Shown here piece after piece: positions 42,768 to 51,230 of a stretch of 64,000 nucleotides of DNA. The notes beneath the pieces were generated by a model. That model searched no databases, was not told where the DNA came from, and saw only the letters and a program-made list of their open reading frames with translations. Within the stretch, counting starts at the first letter, position 1; every line of letters starts with the position of its first letter. The stretch is from Candidatus Anstonella stagnisolia (GTDB lineage Archaea; Micrarchaeota; Micrarchaeia; Anstonellales; Anstonellaceae), in contig CABMCJ010000001.1 of the NCBI GenBank assembly GCA_902384585.1, forward strand, positions 671 through 64,670, read 5' to 3'. A program made the translations under genes and the position numbers.

Positions 42768-43292
42768 ATGAACATCGAATCCGAACTTTCCCAAAACCGC
42801 GCGGTTCTCCTGCTGCTCCCAAGCCTTGAGTACAACGACATAATAGTGGACGTTGCAAAAAAGCTCTCAAAGGAAAGCCTGTGTTACGTTACCCTTAACA
42901 AAACGCAATCGTCGCTTCGCGAAATGTTCCAGAAAAAGAAAGTGAACGTGAAAAACATCGTGTTCGTGGATGCCATAACAAAATCCATAAAAAACACGCC
43001 CGACCAGACGGACGGCTGCTATTTTGTGAGCTCTCCCAACGCCTTAACCGAAATTTCAATGGTGGTGAGCAAGATAAGCAGGCACAATTTCAAGTACCTC
43101 ATATTTGATTCGGTTTCAAACCTTCTTCCATACGAGAACAAGACCACAATAATAAAGTTCCTCTCAAGCACAATAAGCCGGCTCACAGAAGGCAACACGC
43201 GCTGCGTTTTCTACGCCCTTCGCGAGCAGGAGCAGGAGCAGCTCATAAAGGAATGCAGCATGTTCGTGAACAAGGTAATAGAGGTAAAATAA
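42768..43292 (+). CDS. KaiC/RecA-superfamily-like protein lacking a Walker A P-loop (predicted inactive)
   Basis: Length and strand pattern (VLLLLPS...CYVTLNK...IVFVDAIT...YLIFDSVSNLL...RCVFYAL) resemble single-domain KaiC-like/DUF835-type proteins. There is no GxxxxGK[ST]. Confidence 0.45.
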   Translation: MNIESELSQNRAVLLLLPSLEYNDIIVDVAKKLSKESLCYVTLNKTQSSLREMFQKKKVNVKNIVFVDAITKSIKNTPDQTDGCYFVSSPNALTEISMVVSKISRHNFKYLIFDSVSNLLPYENKTTIIKFLSSTISRLTEGNTRCVFYALREQEQEQLIKECSMFVNKVIEVK

Positions 43293-43301
43293 GGGGTTTG
43301 C

Positions 43302-45368
43302 ATGAAAACAAGCCTGAACCTGCGCATTTCAGCCGCAATGCTCGCGCTCATTTTCTTTTCCATACTCGCAATCTCTGCAATATCCATAAACGAGCTCAGT
43401 TCCAGCGCAAGGGCAAGCGTCTCAAGCACGATGCGCCAGGAGGCGCAGGCAAGGCTGAATATAGTCGACCGCCTTCTGTTTGAAAGGGTCGCAGACATAG
43501 AATCCCTCACAACCGGTTACAACACTGTGATGTCGCAAGGGAGCATAGGGGAAAAGCTGGACTACCTGCGGGCATTTGAGGACAGGAGGCAGGTTTACGG
43601 CTCATCCTCAATATACGACCTGAACGGCATAAAAATAGCCGACACGCGCGGGCTTCTTGTCGGGGTCGACCAGTCAATGGACCCGTTCTTTGCGCCTGCG
43701 GCGCGCGGCGAGATATACTCGGGCACAATACCTGTGAACTCAAGGGCGCTCGGGGTCCCAGTGCTGCATTTTTCAGGCCCGTTGCGCGATGCGAATGGCA
43801 CAATAACAAGCGTGGTGCTTGCGCGCTTTCCCATAAGCAAGCTGAACGAGCTTGTCGCAGCCGGCCTGGACGCATACGACGTTGACCTTGTTGCGCCCGA
43901 CGGCCTCATAATTTTCTCAAGCAAGGACACCGATGAAATCCTCAAGGAAAAATTCGACCCCCAGCTTCTGCAAAGGCTTGCGGCAGACAAGGGCGAAGGC
44001 GTGGTTTACACACGCCCAGGGACCCAGGAAATGCTCTACGTTTTTGCAACCGAGCAGGGTTTCCTTGATTACAAGGGGCATGGATGGAAGCTCATACTCG
44101 CAGCCCCGACCTCGCAGGTTTTCTCGCACGTGAATTCACTTGAGCTAAACCTCGTTCTCCTGAGCCTTCTCATACTCGCGATTTCCGTAGTGTTCGGCCT
44201 TTTCATCTCAGGCGAAATTTCCAAGCCCCTTATCCAGCTCCACAATGCAACAGAGGAGGTCGAGAAGGGCAACTACTCCGCGCGCGTGGACATCCGTACT
44301 GGAGACGAGATAGAGGACCTTGGCAACGCATTCAACCGCATGATTGGGCGGCTGGAGAAAGTTGAAATCGAGCACAAGCAGCTGGACAATGCAAAAACAG
44401 AGTTCATGTCCATCACCTCGCACGAGCTTCGCAGCCCGATTACCCCCATGCGCGCGCAGCTGCAAATGCTGCAGGCAAATTACTTTGGAAAACTTTCGCG
44501 CGCGCAGGCGGACTCAATCGACATAGTGCTGCGCAACACAGAGCGGCTTGACCGCATCATAATGGACTTCCTTGAAATCTCAAGGATAGAGGCCGCGCGC
44601 CTGAAATTCACTTTCGTGAAAACAAGCCTGCAGCCGCACATACTCCGCCTTGCAGAGGAAATGAAGGGCTTCATGCCGGAGAAAAAAGTGCGCATCGTTA
44701 CAAGGCTTGGGAAACTGCCCGCAATGGAAGTGGACCCTGACCGCGCAATGCAGGTGCTGCGCAACCTCACAAACAACGCGATAAAATTCTCGCCTGAAAA
44801 CGGCATTGTTGAAATAAGCGCAAAACAGGAAAGCGACTACATACTCTTTGGCGTAAAGGACAGCGGAACCGGGATTTCCATTGCAGACCAGCAAAAAATA
44901 TTCGAGCCTTTCTTCCAGGCGGAGTCCGCAATGTCGCGAAAGTTCGGCGGCACGGGCCTGGGGCTTGCAATCTGCAAGGGCATAGTGCTTTCCCAAAAGG
45001 GGAAAATCTGGTTTGAAAGCACGCCAGGGAAAGGCACAACGTTCCATTTCACCATCCCGCTCAAGCCCACAAGGAACATAGAGAAAGTGGTCGTGCTCTT
45101 CTCAAGGCGCCAGGACGTTGACGAGAAGCTGCGCGCGCTTTTCGTTGATATGCTCGGCCCCCTTGGCGAAAACGAGTTCAACACCCTCAAGGCGCAAAAA
45201 GGCATATCCTACGAATCGCTTGTGGACTACGTCGGCGGGCTTCGCGCAAAGAAAATACTCCCGCAGCGCTACGTATGGCTTTTTGCGCAGCAGATAGATT
45301 ACATACTTGAGAAAAGCGGCGGAAAAGCAGGCGGGGGCAACAGCCAAACACTTAAAAAACAAGCATAG
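43302..45368 (+). CDS. Sensor histidine kinase: TM, Cache-like ectodomain, TM, HAMP, HisKA, HATPase_c, ~100-aa C-terminal extension
   Basis: H-box FMSITSHELRSPITPM, N-box LRNLTNNAIKFSP, G-boxes VKDSGTGIS and FGGTGLGLAICK. Two TM segments bracket a ~260-aa ectodomain. Confidence 0.85.
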   Translation: MKTSLNLRISAAMLALIFFSILAISAISINELSSSARASVSSTMRQEAQARLNIVDRLLFERVADIESLTTGYNTVMSQGSIGEKLDYLRAFEDRRQVYGSSSIYDLNGIKIADTRGLLVGVDQSMDPFFAPAARGEIYSGTIPVNSRALGVPVLHFSGPLRDANGTITSVVLARFPISKLNELVAAGLDAYDVDLVAPDGLIIFSSKDTDEILKEKFDPQLLQRLAADKGEGVVYTRPGTQEMLYVFATEQGFLDYKGHGWKLILAAPTSQVFSHVNSLELNLVLLSLLILAISVVFGLFISGEISKPLIQLHNATEEVEKGNYSARVDIRTGDEIEDLGNAFNRMIGRLEKVEIEHKQLDNAKTEFMSITSHELRSPITPMRAQLQMLQANYFGKLSRAQADSIDIVLRNTERLDRIIMDFLEISRIEAARLKFTFVKTSLQPHILRLAEEMKGFMPEKKVRIVTRLGKLPAMEVDPDRAMQVLRNLTNNAIKFSPENGIVEISAKQESDYILFGVKDSGTGISIADQQKIFEPFFQAESAMSRKFGGTGLGLAICKGIVLSQKGKIWFESTPGKGTTFHFTIPLKPTRNIEKVVVLFSRRQDVDEKLRALFVDMLGPLGENEFNTLKAQKGISYESLVDYVGGLRAKKILPQRYVWLFAQQIDYILEKSGGKAGGGNSQTLKKQA

Positions 45369-45386
45369 GTATTAACGGATGGTGGC

Positions 45387-46037
45387 ATGATGAAGGACAG
45401 GAAAAAAATCGCGTTTGCCCTTCTGCTCATAATCGCAGTATCCTCGTCCCTCATCACAATAAGCTGGGTTTTGGGCGTCTCGCCCCTGCTTAATTTCACG
45501 CCAGGCACCCCAACGCGGCTCACAACCTCATTTTCATTCCTGCTCGCTTCCATCCTTCTTTATTTCATATTTGAACGCCAGGAAAAAAATACCGAGCTTA
45601 ACGAGTTTGCAATCCCGGTCATCACGACCGTACTTCTTATAATATTCTTCCCGCTTTTTGTGGCGCAGTTTTTCGGCATCAACATAGGCTTTGAGCAGCT
45701 CATCTCGGGCGTGTCCCCCATTTCCGGCATAAGCGCAAGCCCCAACGTTGTGACAATGTTCGCTTTTTTCATTGTAGTGTTCGCAGGCAGCGCGGTGTCC
45801 TTCAACCCGAACGAGCGTGAAATAACGAGAGTTTCGGGCGTTGCGCTCTGCCTTATAGGGCTTTGCGCCCTTGCCGGCTATGCGTTCGGAATCCCCATAA
45901 TGTACTATTCCTTTGACGGGCAGGGCGTTGAAATGGCATTGCAGACCGCGTTCGCATTCACGCTGCTTGGCGCCGCGTTCTTCCTTGCGGGCGGCGAGGG
46001 CGGCAAAACAAATGCAAAAAGAGGCGTGGCTACATGA
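45387..46037 (+). CDS. Polytopic membrane module (6 predicted TM), stop overlaps the next start (ATGA)
   Basis: Hydrophobic segments throughout. The 4-nt overlap with the 46034 start indicates translational coupling. Confidence 0.6.
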   Translation: MMKDRKKIAFALLLIIAVSSSLITISWVLGVSPLLNFTPGTPTRLTTSFSFLLASILLYFIFERQEKNTELNEFAIPVITTVLLIIFFPLFVAQFFGINIGFEQLISGVSPISGISASPNVVTMFAFFIVVFAGSAVSFNPNEREITRVSGVALCLIGLCALAGYAFGIPIMYYSFDGQGVEMALQTAFAFTLLGAAFFLAGGEGGKTNAKRGVAT

Positions 46038-48043
46038 AACTGCAAACAAGGGCATTGCTTTTCCTCATAATACCCCTCATCCTGCTTGCGCTCTACCAGT
46101 ACAACAGCTACAGCATCGTGATAGGGCAGGTGCAAGCGCAGGTGCAGCTTGCGGAGGCAAGGCAGCACAACACCGACCTTGCGATAAATGTGAGGTACCT
46201 CACGCTCCTTAATGCGCGAGGGAACAACCTTGCGGTCATTTACCTCGCATCAGGAAATTATACCAGCGCACAAAAGGAGATTTCAATCCTTTATGACCTC
46301 AAAAGGCAGCGCCTTGAGGCGTTTGCAACCCTCAAAAGCAACCTGCTCTCCCAAAACGATTCCGCAGAAACCGCGCAAATCCTCAAATTTGAAAAAACCC
46401 TCATGACTGCGGACGCAAAGGACACAGAAATACTCGCCCTGATAGCCGCCTTGCCCAAAACAGACGCAGAGCAGCAGCTTATTGTTGACAAAAAGACAGA
46501 GGAACTTGACCACCTTGAAGACAACCTGCTCGCAGACGTAAGCGGCATAATCTCCTCAAACTTTGCGGCTGCGCAGGCTGCAAACCAGCAAACATCAATA
46601 TCCCTGCAAAACGGCCTGAACGCCCTGCACGTATTTTCCATAACAACCTTCATTGTGGTGCTCATAATAGTGTTCTTCCTCAACTCCCTCACAATAAACT
46701 CAATAAGCAAAATCTCAAGCGCGGTTGAGGCCGTCACAAAGGGCAAATTCGACGTCGAACTCGAGCAATCCAACATTTACGAGATACAGGCGCTCACGAA
46801 CTCCTTCAACCGCGTGCTTGCAAGCATGAAGCTTGCGATACTGCGCACGGGAATGAGCAAGGAGGACATGGGGATAGGCGAGGCGCTGCGCGCAAAGAAG
46901 GAGGCGGAGGACAGATACCTTTCGCTTTTCAACAGCATAAACGAGGCAATAATGGTGAACAAGATGACCCCGAAGGGGCCCGGGAACTTCGTTGATGTGA
47001 ACGACTATGCGTGCCAGCTTTTCGGCTACAGCCGCGAGGAGATGCTCCAAATGGGGCCTGCGGACCTTGACAAATCCATAGGGCAAAATGAAAAAACAAA
47101 AGGCACAATAAAAGCCCTGCTCTCAGGCTCGCACGTGCTATACCAGATGCATCAGCAATCAAAAGACGGCAGGAAACTCCTGATGTCAATAAGCATGCGC
47201 ATGGTGGAAATCGGAGGGGAGAAATACATAATCAGCGCTGGCCGCGACATCAGCGGCGCAAAAGAGCTGGAGGACAAATACCGCGCGCTTTATGAGTCCT
47301 CAAGCGATGCAATAATGACCCTTGAGCCGCCAAGCTGGAATTTCACTGCCGGCAACCCCGCAACAATAAAGCTGTTTGGCACAAAGGACGAGAAAGAGTT
47401 CACTTCCCTTACCCCCGGCGACTTATCGCCGAAATACCAGCCAGACGGTCAGCTTTCCTCGGTGAAATCCAAGAAAATGATAGAAAAAGCAATGAAAGAA
47501 GGCAGCAATCTCTTTGAATGGACGCACAGAAAATACAAGGGCGAAAATTTCCCTGCCACCGTGCTTCTCACAAAAATGAGCATAGGCGGCAAGGACGTGC
47601 TGCAGGCAACCGTGCGGGAGATTTCTGACCTAAAGAAAAAAGAGGAAGAATTAAAATACCAAAAAGCGTTTTCCGAAACAATCCTGAACTCGCTCATTGA
47701 AGGCATAGACATAGTTGACGAAAAGCTCAGGATAGTGTACATGAACCCAGTCTTCATAAAGATTTTCGGCAGGCAGGCAATCGGAAAAAAATGCTATGCC
47801 GTTTACAAGGACAACAAGAGGCAATGCGAGGGCTGCCCGCTCAAAAAGCCCATAAAAATAGGGGAGACAAGGGCAATAACAACATCCGGCGTGGCGGGAG
47901 GCAATGCCTTTGAAATAACCCACACTGGCATAATGCTCCCCAATGGCAAAAAGGGCGTGCTTGAGGTCTTCCGCAACCTAGGCAAAAAAACGGAAGGGGC
48001 AGCGCACAAGAGCACGCCTTCGCATAAGAAAAAGGGGAAATAA
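46034..48043 (+). CDS. TM-HAMP-PAS(x3) sensor protein without transmitter/output domain; last PAS carries C-x10-C-x2-C
   Basis: N-terminal TM, ~170-aa ectodomain, TM, and HAMP (VEAVTKGKFDVELEQSNIYEIQALTNSFNRVL). PAS-like blocks are LFNSINEAIMVN, LYESSSDAIMTL and ILNSLIEGIDIVD. There is no H-box or ATPase motif. Confidence 0.75.
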   Translation: MKLQTRALLFLIIPLILLALYQYNSYSIVIGQVQAQVQLAEARQHNTDLAINVRYLTLLNARGNNLAVIYLASGNYTSAQKEISILYDLKRQRLEAFATLKSNLLSQNDSAETAQILKFEKTLMTADAKDTEILALIAALPKTDAEQQLIVDKKTEELDHLEDNLLADVSGIISSNFAAAQAANQQTSISLQNGLNALHVFSITTFIVVLIIVFFLNSLTINSISKISSAVEAVTKGKFDVELEQSNIYEIQALTNSFNRVLASMKLAILRTGMSKEDMGIGEALRAKKEAEDRYLSLFNSINEAIMVNKMTPKGPGNFVDVNDYACQLFGYSREEMLQMGPADLDKSIGQNEKTKGTIKALLSGSHVLYQMHQQSKDGRKLLMSISMRMVEIGGEKYIISAGRDISGAKELEDKYRALYESSSDAIMTLEPPSWNFTAGNPATIKLFGTKDEKEFTSLTPGDLSPKYQPDGQLSSVKSKKMIEKAMKEGSNLFEWTHRKYKGENFPATVLLTKMSIGGKDVLQATVREISDLKKKEEELKYQKAFSETILNSLIEGIDIVDEKLRIVYMNPVFIKIFGRQAIGKKCYAVYKDNKRQCEGCPLKKPIKIGETRAITTSGVAGGNAFEITHTGIMLPNGKKGVLEVFRNLGKKTEGAAHKSTPSHKKKGK

Positions 48044-48063
48044 CCGCCCCAAAATCTTAAACC

Positions 48064-48071
48064 TTTATAAA
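48064..48071 (+). promoter_or_regulatory. TATA box TTTATAAA upstream of secY
   Basis: Context AACCTTTATAAATAT, 45 nt before the secY ATG. Confidence 0.5.
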
Positions 48072-48115
48072 TATCTCATATATAATGAATAGACTTTTTG
48101 GGAGTGTGAATCTAA

Positions 48116-49603
48116 ATGGGCAGCCTTGATTTCCTAAAGCCGATATTGCACCTGCTACCGGAGATAAAAGTCCCGCAGTACCAGCCGGGCATACATGAGC
48201 GGCTCATGTGGACCCTTGTCGCGCTCCTTGCGTTCTTCGTAATGTACAACATACCGGCAGTGGGCGTGAACCCCGCGCGTTTTGCTTCAATTGATTTCCT
48301 GCAAGTCGTTACCGCAAGCAGGATGGGCTCGCTCCTCACAACTGGTATCGGGCCCATAGTGCTCGCAAGCATTTTCCTGCAGCTTTTCGCAGGCGCGAAA
48401 ATAATAAAAGTGGACATGAGCAACCCAGAGGAAAAGGCAACTTTCCAAGGGGCCCAGAAACTGCTCGCAATAATCCTCTGCTTTGTGGAGGCGGCAATAT
48501 ACATACTTGCAAGCAGCGCAAACAACAATGCTGCCCAGTTCCTCATAGAACCGCCGTTTTTCGGCAGCTTTGTTGCAATGCAGGCGCTTGTGATACTCCA
48601 AATCGCGCTCGGCTCCCTCATCCTTCTCTACCTTGACGAAATAGTTTCCAAGTACGGCATAGGCAGCGGAATCTCCCTCTTTATCGCAGCCGGTGTCTCG
48701 CTTTCCGTAGTGGGAGGCACAATAAGCCTGCTTACGGGCCAGAACGGCGTTGTGAGCGCGCTCCTCTCAGGGGGAGCAGAGGCAATCCCCAATGCAATCG
48801 TAGTGATGCTTCCGCTCTTTTTCACCGCCCTTGTGTTCCTTGTAGTCGTATATGCAGAGGGCATAAAAGTCGAAATCCCGCTTGCGTTTGAGCGCGCGCG
48901 CGGGCTTGGAAGCCGCTTCCCAATAAAGTTCCTCTACGTTTCAAACATCCCAGTCATACTTGCATCCGCGCTGCTGCTCAACATGTCTTTCATGGCGCCC
49001 GCGCTTGAGGGAAAGCACATGTGCATAGGCGGCTCGTACCTCGATGCGGCAGGCAAATGCTCCTCGGGCTTTGACCTGGTGCCCGTGATAGGCTTTTCTT
49101 CGGGCGGCAGGATGTACGACGGGCTTTTGTACTTCATCACCCCAATCTACCATCCCTCAAATTCAAATTTCGGCGCTTACATGAGTTATCTTGCGACTTC
49201 CAAGACGCCCATCTTCGGCATACCAGAATACGTGCACGTAATGACTTACATACTGTTCATGGTGGTGCTGTGCGTGCTCTTCGGCCAATTCTGGGTGGAA
49301 ACCGCGAACATGAGCGCAAAGGACGTTGCAGAGCAGCTTGACAATTCCGGCCTGCAGGTTCCAGGCTTTAGGCGCGACCCGCGCATAATAGAAAGGATAC
49401 TTGAACGGTACATCCCGACAATCACAATACTTGGCAGCGCATTCGTGGGGCTGCTTGCCTCAATGGCGGACATGACAGGCGCGCTTGGGACAGGGACCGG
49501 AATTCTCCTCACGGTGGGCATATTGCACAAATTCTACGAGGATTTGGAGGCAAGGCATGCGTTCGATTCCATACCCCTGATGGGCAGGCTGTTTGGCAAT
49601 TGA
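48116..49603 (+). CDS. secY: Preprotein translocase subunit SecY
   Basis: LPEIKVPQYQPGIHERLMWTLVALLAFFVMYNIP, 10-TM pattern, conserved neighbourhood. Confidence 0.95.
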   Translation: MGSLDFLKPILHLLPEIKVPQYQPGIHERLMWTLVALLAFFVMYNIPAVGVNPARFASIDFLQVVTASRMGSLLTTGIGPIVLASIFLQLFAGAKIIKVDMSNPEEKATFQGAQKLLAIILCFVEAAIYILASSANNNAAQFLIEPPFFGSFVAMQALVILQIALGSLILLYLDEIVSKYGIGSGISLFIAAGVSLSVVGGTISLLTGQNGVVSALLSGGAEAIPNAIVVMLPLFFTALVFLVVVYAEGIKVEIPLAFERARGLGSRFPIKFLYVSNIPVILASALLLNMSFMAPALEGKHMCIGGSYLDAAGKCSSGFDLVPVIGFSSGGRMYDGLLYFITPIYHPSNSNFGAYMSYLATSKTPIFGIPEYVHVMTYILFMVVLCVLFGQFWVETANMSAKDVAEQLDNSGLQVPGFRRDPRIIERILERYIPTITILGSAFVGLLASMADMTGALGTGTGILLTVGILHKFYEDLEARHAFDSIPLMGRLFGN

Positions 49604-49694
49604 GATTTGGAACACGCTGGGCAGGCTGTTTGGAAACGGGCGCCTTGGAATGCGCCGGGCAGTCTGTCCGGGAATTGGGCTTTTGAAAAGGTGA
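49582..49694 (+). repeat. Three decaying tandem copies (~37 bp) of the secY 3' end
   Basis: GGGCAGGCTGTTTGG starts at 49582 and 49619, and GGGCAGTCTGTCCGG at 49657. Copy 1 encodes the SecY C-terminus GRLFGN*. Confidence 0.7.
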
Positions 49695-49698
49695 TGAA

Positions 49699-50253
49699 AT
49701 GGGCATGATAATCGTAATGGGCGTCCCTGGCGCAGGCAAATCCACCGTCCTCAAAAATACTGCTGCAAAGGGCAGGCAAATCCTCAACTACGGGGACTTG
49801 ATGTTTGAAATCGCGCAAAAAAAATTCAACGTAAAACACCGCGACGAAATCCGCAAGCTTGACATAAAATCGCAGTCCCAGATACAATCCCTAGTTGCAA
49901 AAAAGCTCGCGGCCGAAAAGCGCAGCATAATCCTCGATACCCACTGTTCCGTGAACACCCCGCGCGGCTATCTCCCCGGGCTGCCTTTTTCGCTTCTCTC
50001 CAGGCTCAAGGTGGACGGGCTGGTCCTTATAACCGCCCCGATGGCGGAAATACTTGCGCGCAGGAGAAAGGACATGGAAGGAAGCGCGGGACGCGTGCGC
50101 GAGCTTGATGAGGAAGGGCTTGTTGCGCACGAGGGCATAAACCGCGCGTATCTGGCCGCATACTCCTCCTTTACTGGTGCGCCCGCATGCATAATAATAA
50201 ACCGCGACGGGGGGCTTTCGGCTGCATGCGAAAAGCTTTCTTCCCTTCTTTAA
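49699..50253 (+). CDS. adkA: Adenylate kinase, archaeal type
   Basis: IIVMGVPGAGKSTVL P-loop and canonical position after secY. Confidence 0.9.
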   Translation: MGMIIVMGVPGAGKSTVLKNTAAKGRQILNYGDLMFEIAQKKFNVKHRDEIRKLDIKSQSQIQSLVAKKLAAEKRSIILDTHCSVNTPRGYLPGLPFSLLSRLKVDGLVLITAPMAEILARRRKDMEGSAGRVRELDEEGLVAHEGINRAYLAAYSSFTGAPACIIINRDGGLSAACEKLSSLL

Positions 50254-50284
50254 GGCGCAGGATGGGGAACATCAAGGTGCTGCA

Positions 50285-51226
50285 ATGGATTTTTTTGACC
50301 AGAACTCATTCACCATTTTCCTTATGGCTTGCGCAGTCGTGTACGTGGTGCTTTCCAACTTCCTGCAAAAGAAATTCGGCAAGTCCGAGCGGCTCATGGA
50401 AATACAAAAAGAGCTGAACGCGATAAACAAGCAGGTGGGCGAGGCATCAAAGCGGAAAGACAACGCGGCAGTGGAGGAGCTCATGAAAAAGCAGTCCCCC
50501 CTCCTAAGCGAGCTCATGTCCCTGCAAATGCGCATGCTCCCAATCACGCTTGGGCTTTTCATCCCTGTGATAATGCTGCTTTCCGCAGTCGAGCCCTACA
50601 TGCTGGATGATTCCAAAATTGTCCTTTTTGACGACGGCCTGCTCTCGCATTGCGATGCAATCGCAAACGACCTCGTATACTCCAACTGCCTTCTGCTCAA
50701 CCCAACCTCGCACAAGGGCGCGTGGGTATTTTCCGCAGAGGCTTTCCAAAACAATGCCCAGGTCGCGCAGAATGCAACCGCCTTCTACGTGGAAAAAGGC
50801 AAGCCTGAAGACGTGTTCCTGCAGGCAAAGCAGCACAGCATAATTGACATCGTGCTTGGCGCAAAAACAATTTCCATTTCGCCCTACACGGACAAGGCAA
50901 ATTACACTATCGGCGAAACAGTCCAGCTTCACGCAAACGTGAGCGAGCAGGCAGATAAGGTTGATGCGAGCATAAACAACGGCACTTTCTATTTTGTTGA
51001 CCTGCCCGTCCCACTGCCACTCCTTAACATACGAAGGCTTGTTGGCACGACGGGCGTTTTCATACTCTTTTCCTTTGTGTTCAGCCTTCTCTTCTCGCTT
51101 GCAAAAGGCATCCTGAAGAAAATGAACATTTACCTCCCGCTTGTTTCCGACAAGACGGTTGAGCAAAAAGCCGCGGAGCAAAGGCAGGCGGAACAAAAAT
51201 CTTCTTCACAGGGAAAGCAGGCCTGA
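50285..51226 (+). CDS. EMC3/TMCO1/DUF106-like membrane insertase homolog with ~150-aa insertion
   Basis: TM1, then coiled coil (MEIQKELNAINKQVGEASKRKDNAAVEELMKKQSPLLSELMSLQMRM), then TM2 is the DUF106 signature. It has the canonical position after adk. A long extra segment precedes the last TM. Confidence 0.65.
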   Translation: MDFFDQNSFTIFLMACAVVYVVLSNFLQKKFGKSERLMEIQKELNAINKQVGEASKRKDNAAVEELMKKQSPLLSELMSLQMRMLPITLGLFIPVIMLLSAVEPYMLDDSKIVLFDDGLLSHCDAIANDLVYSNCLLLNPTSHKGAWVFSAEAFQNNAQVAQNATAFYVEKGKPEDVFLQAKQHSIIDIVLGAKTISISPYTDKANYTIGETVQLHANVSEQADKVDASINNGTFYFVDLPVPLPLLNIRRLVGTTGVFILFSFVFSLLFSLAKGILKKMNIYLPLVSDKTVEQKAAEQRQAEQKSSSQGKQA

Positions 51227-51230
51227 AGAA

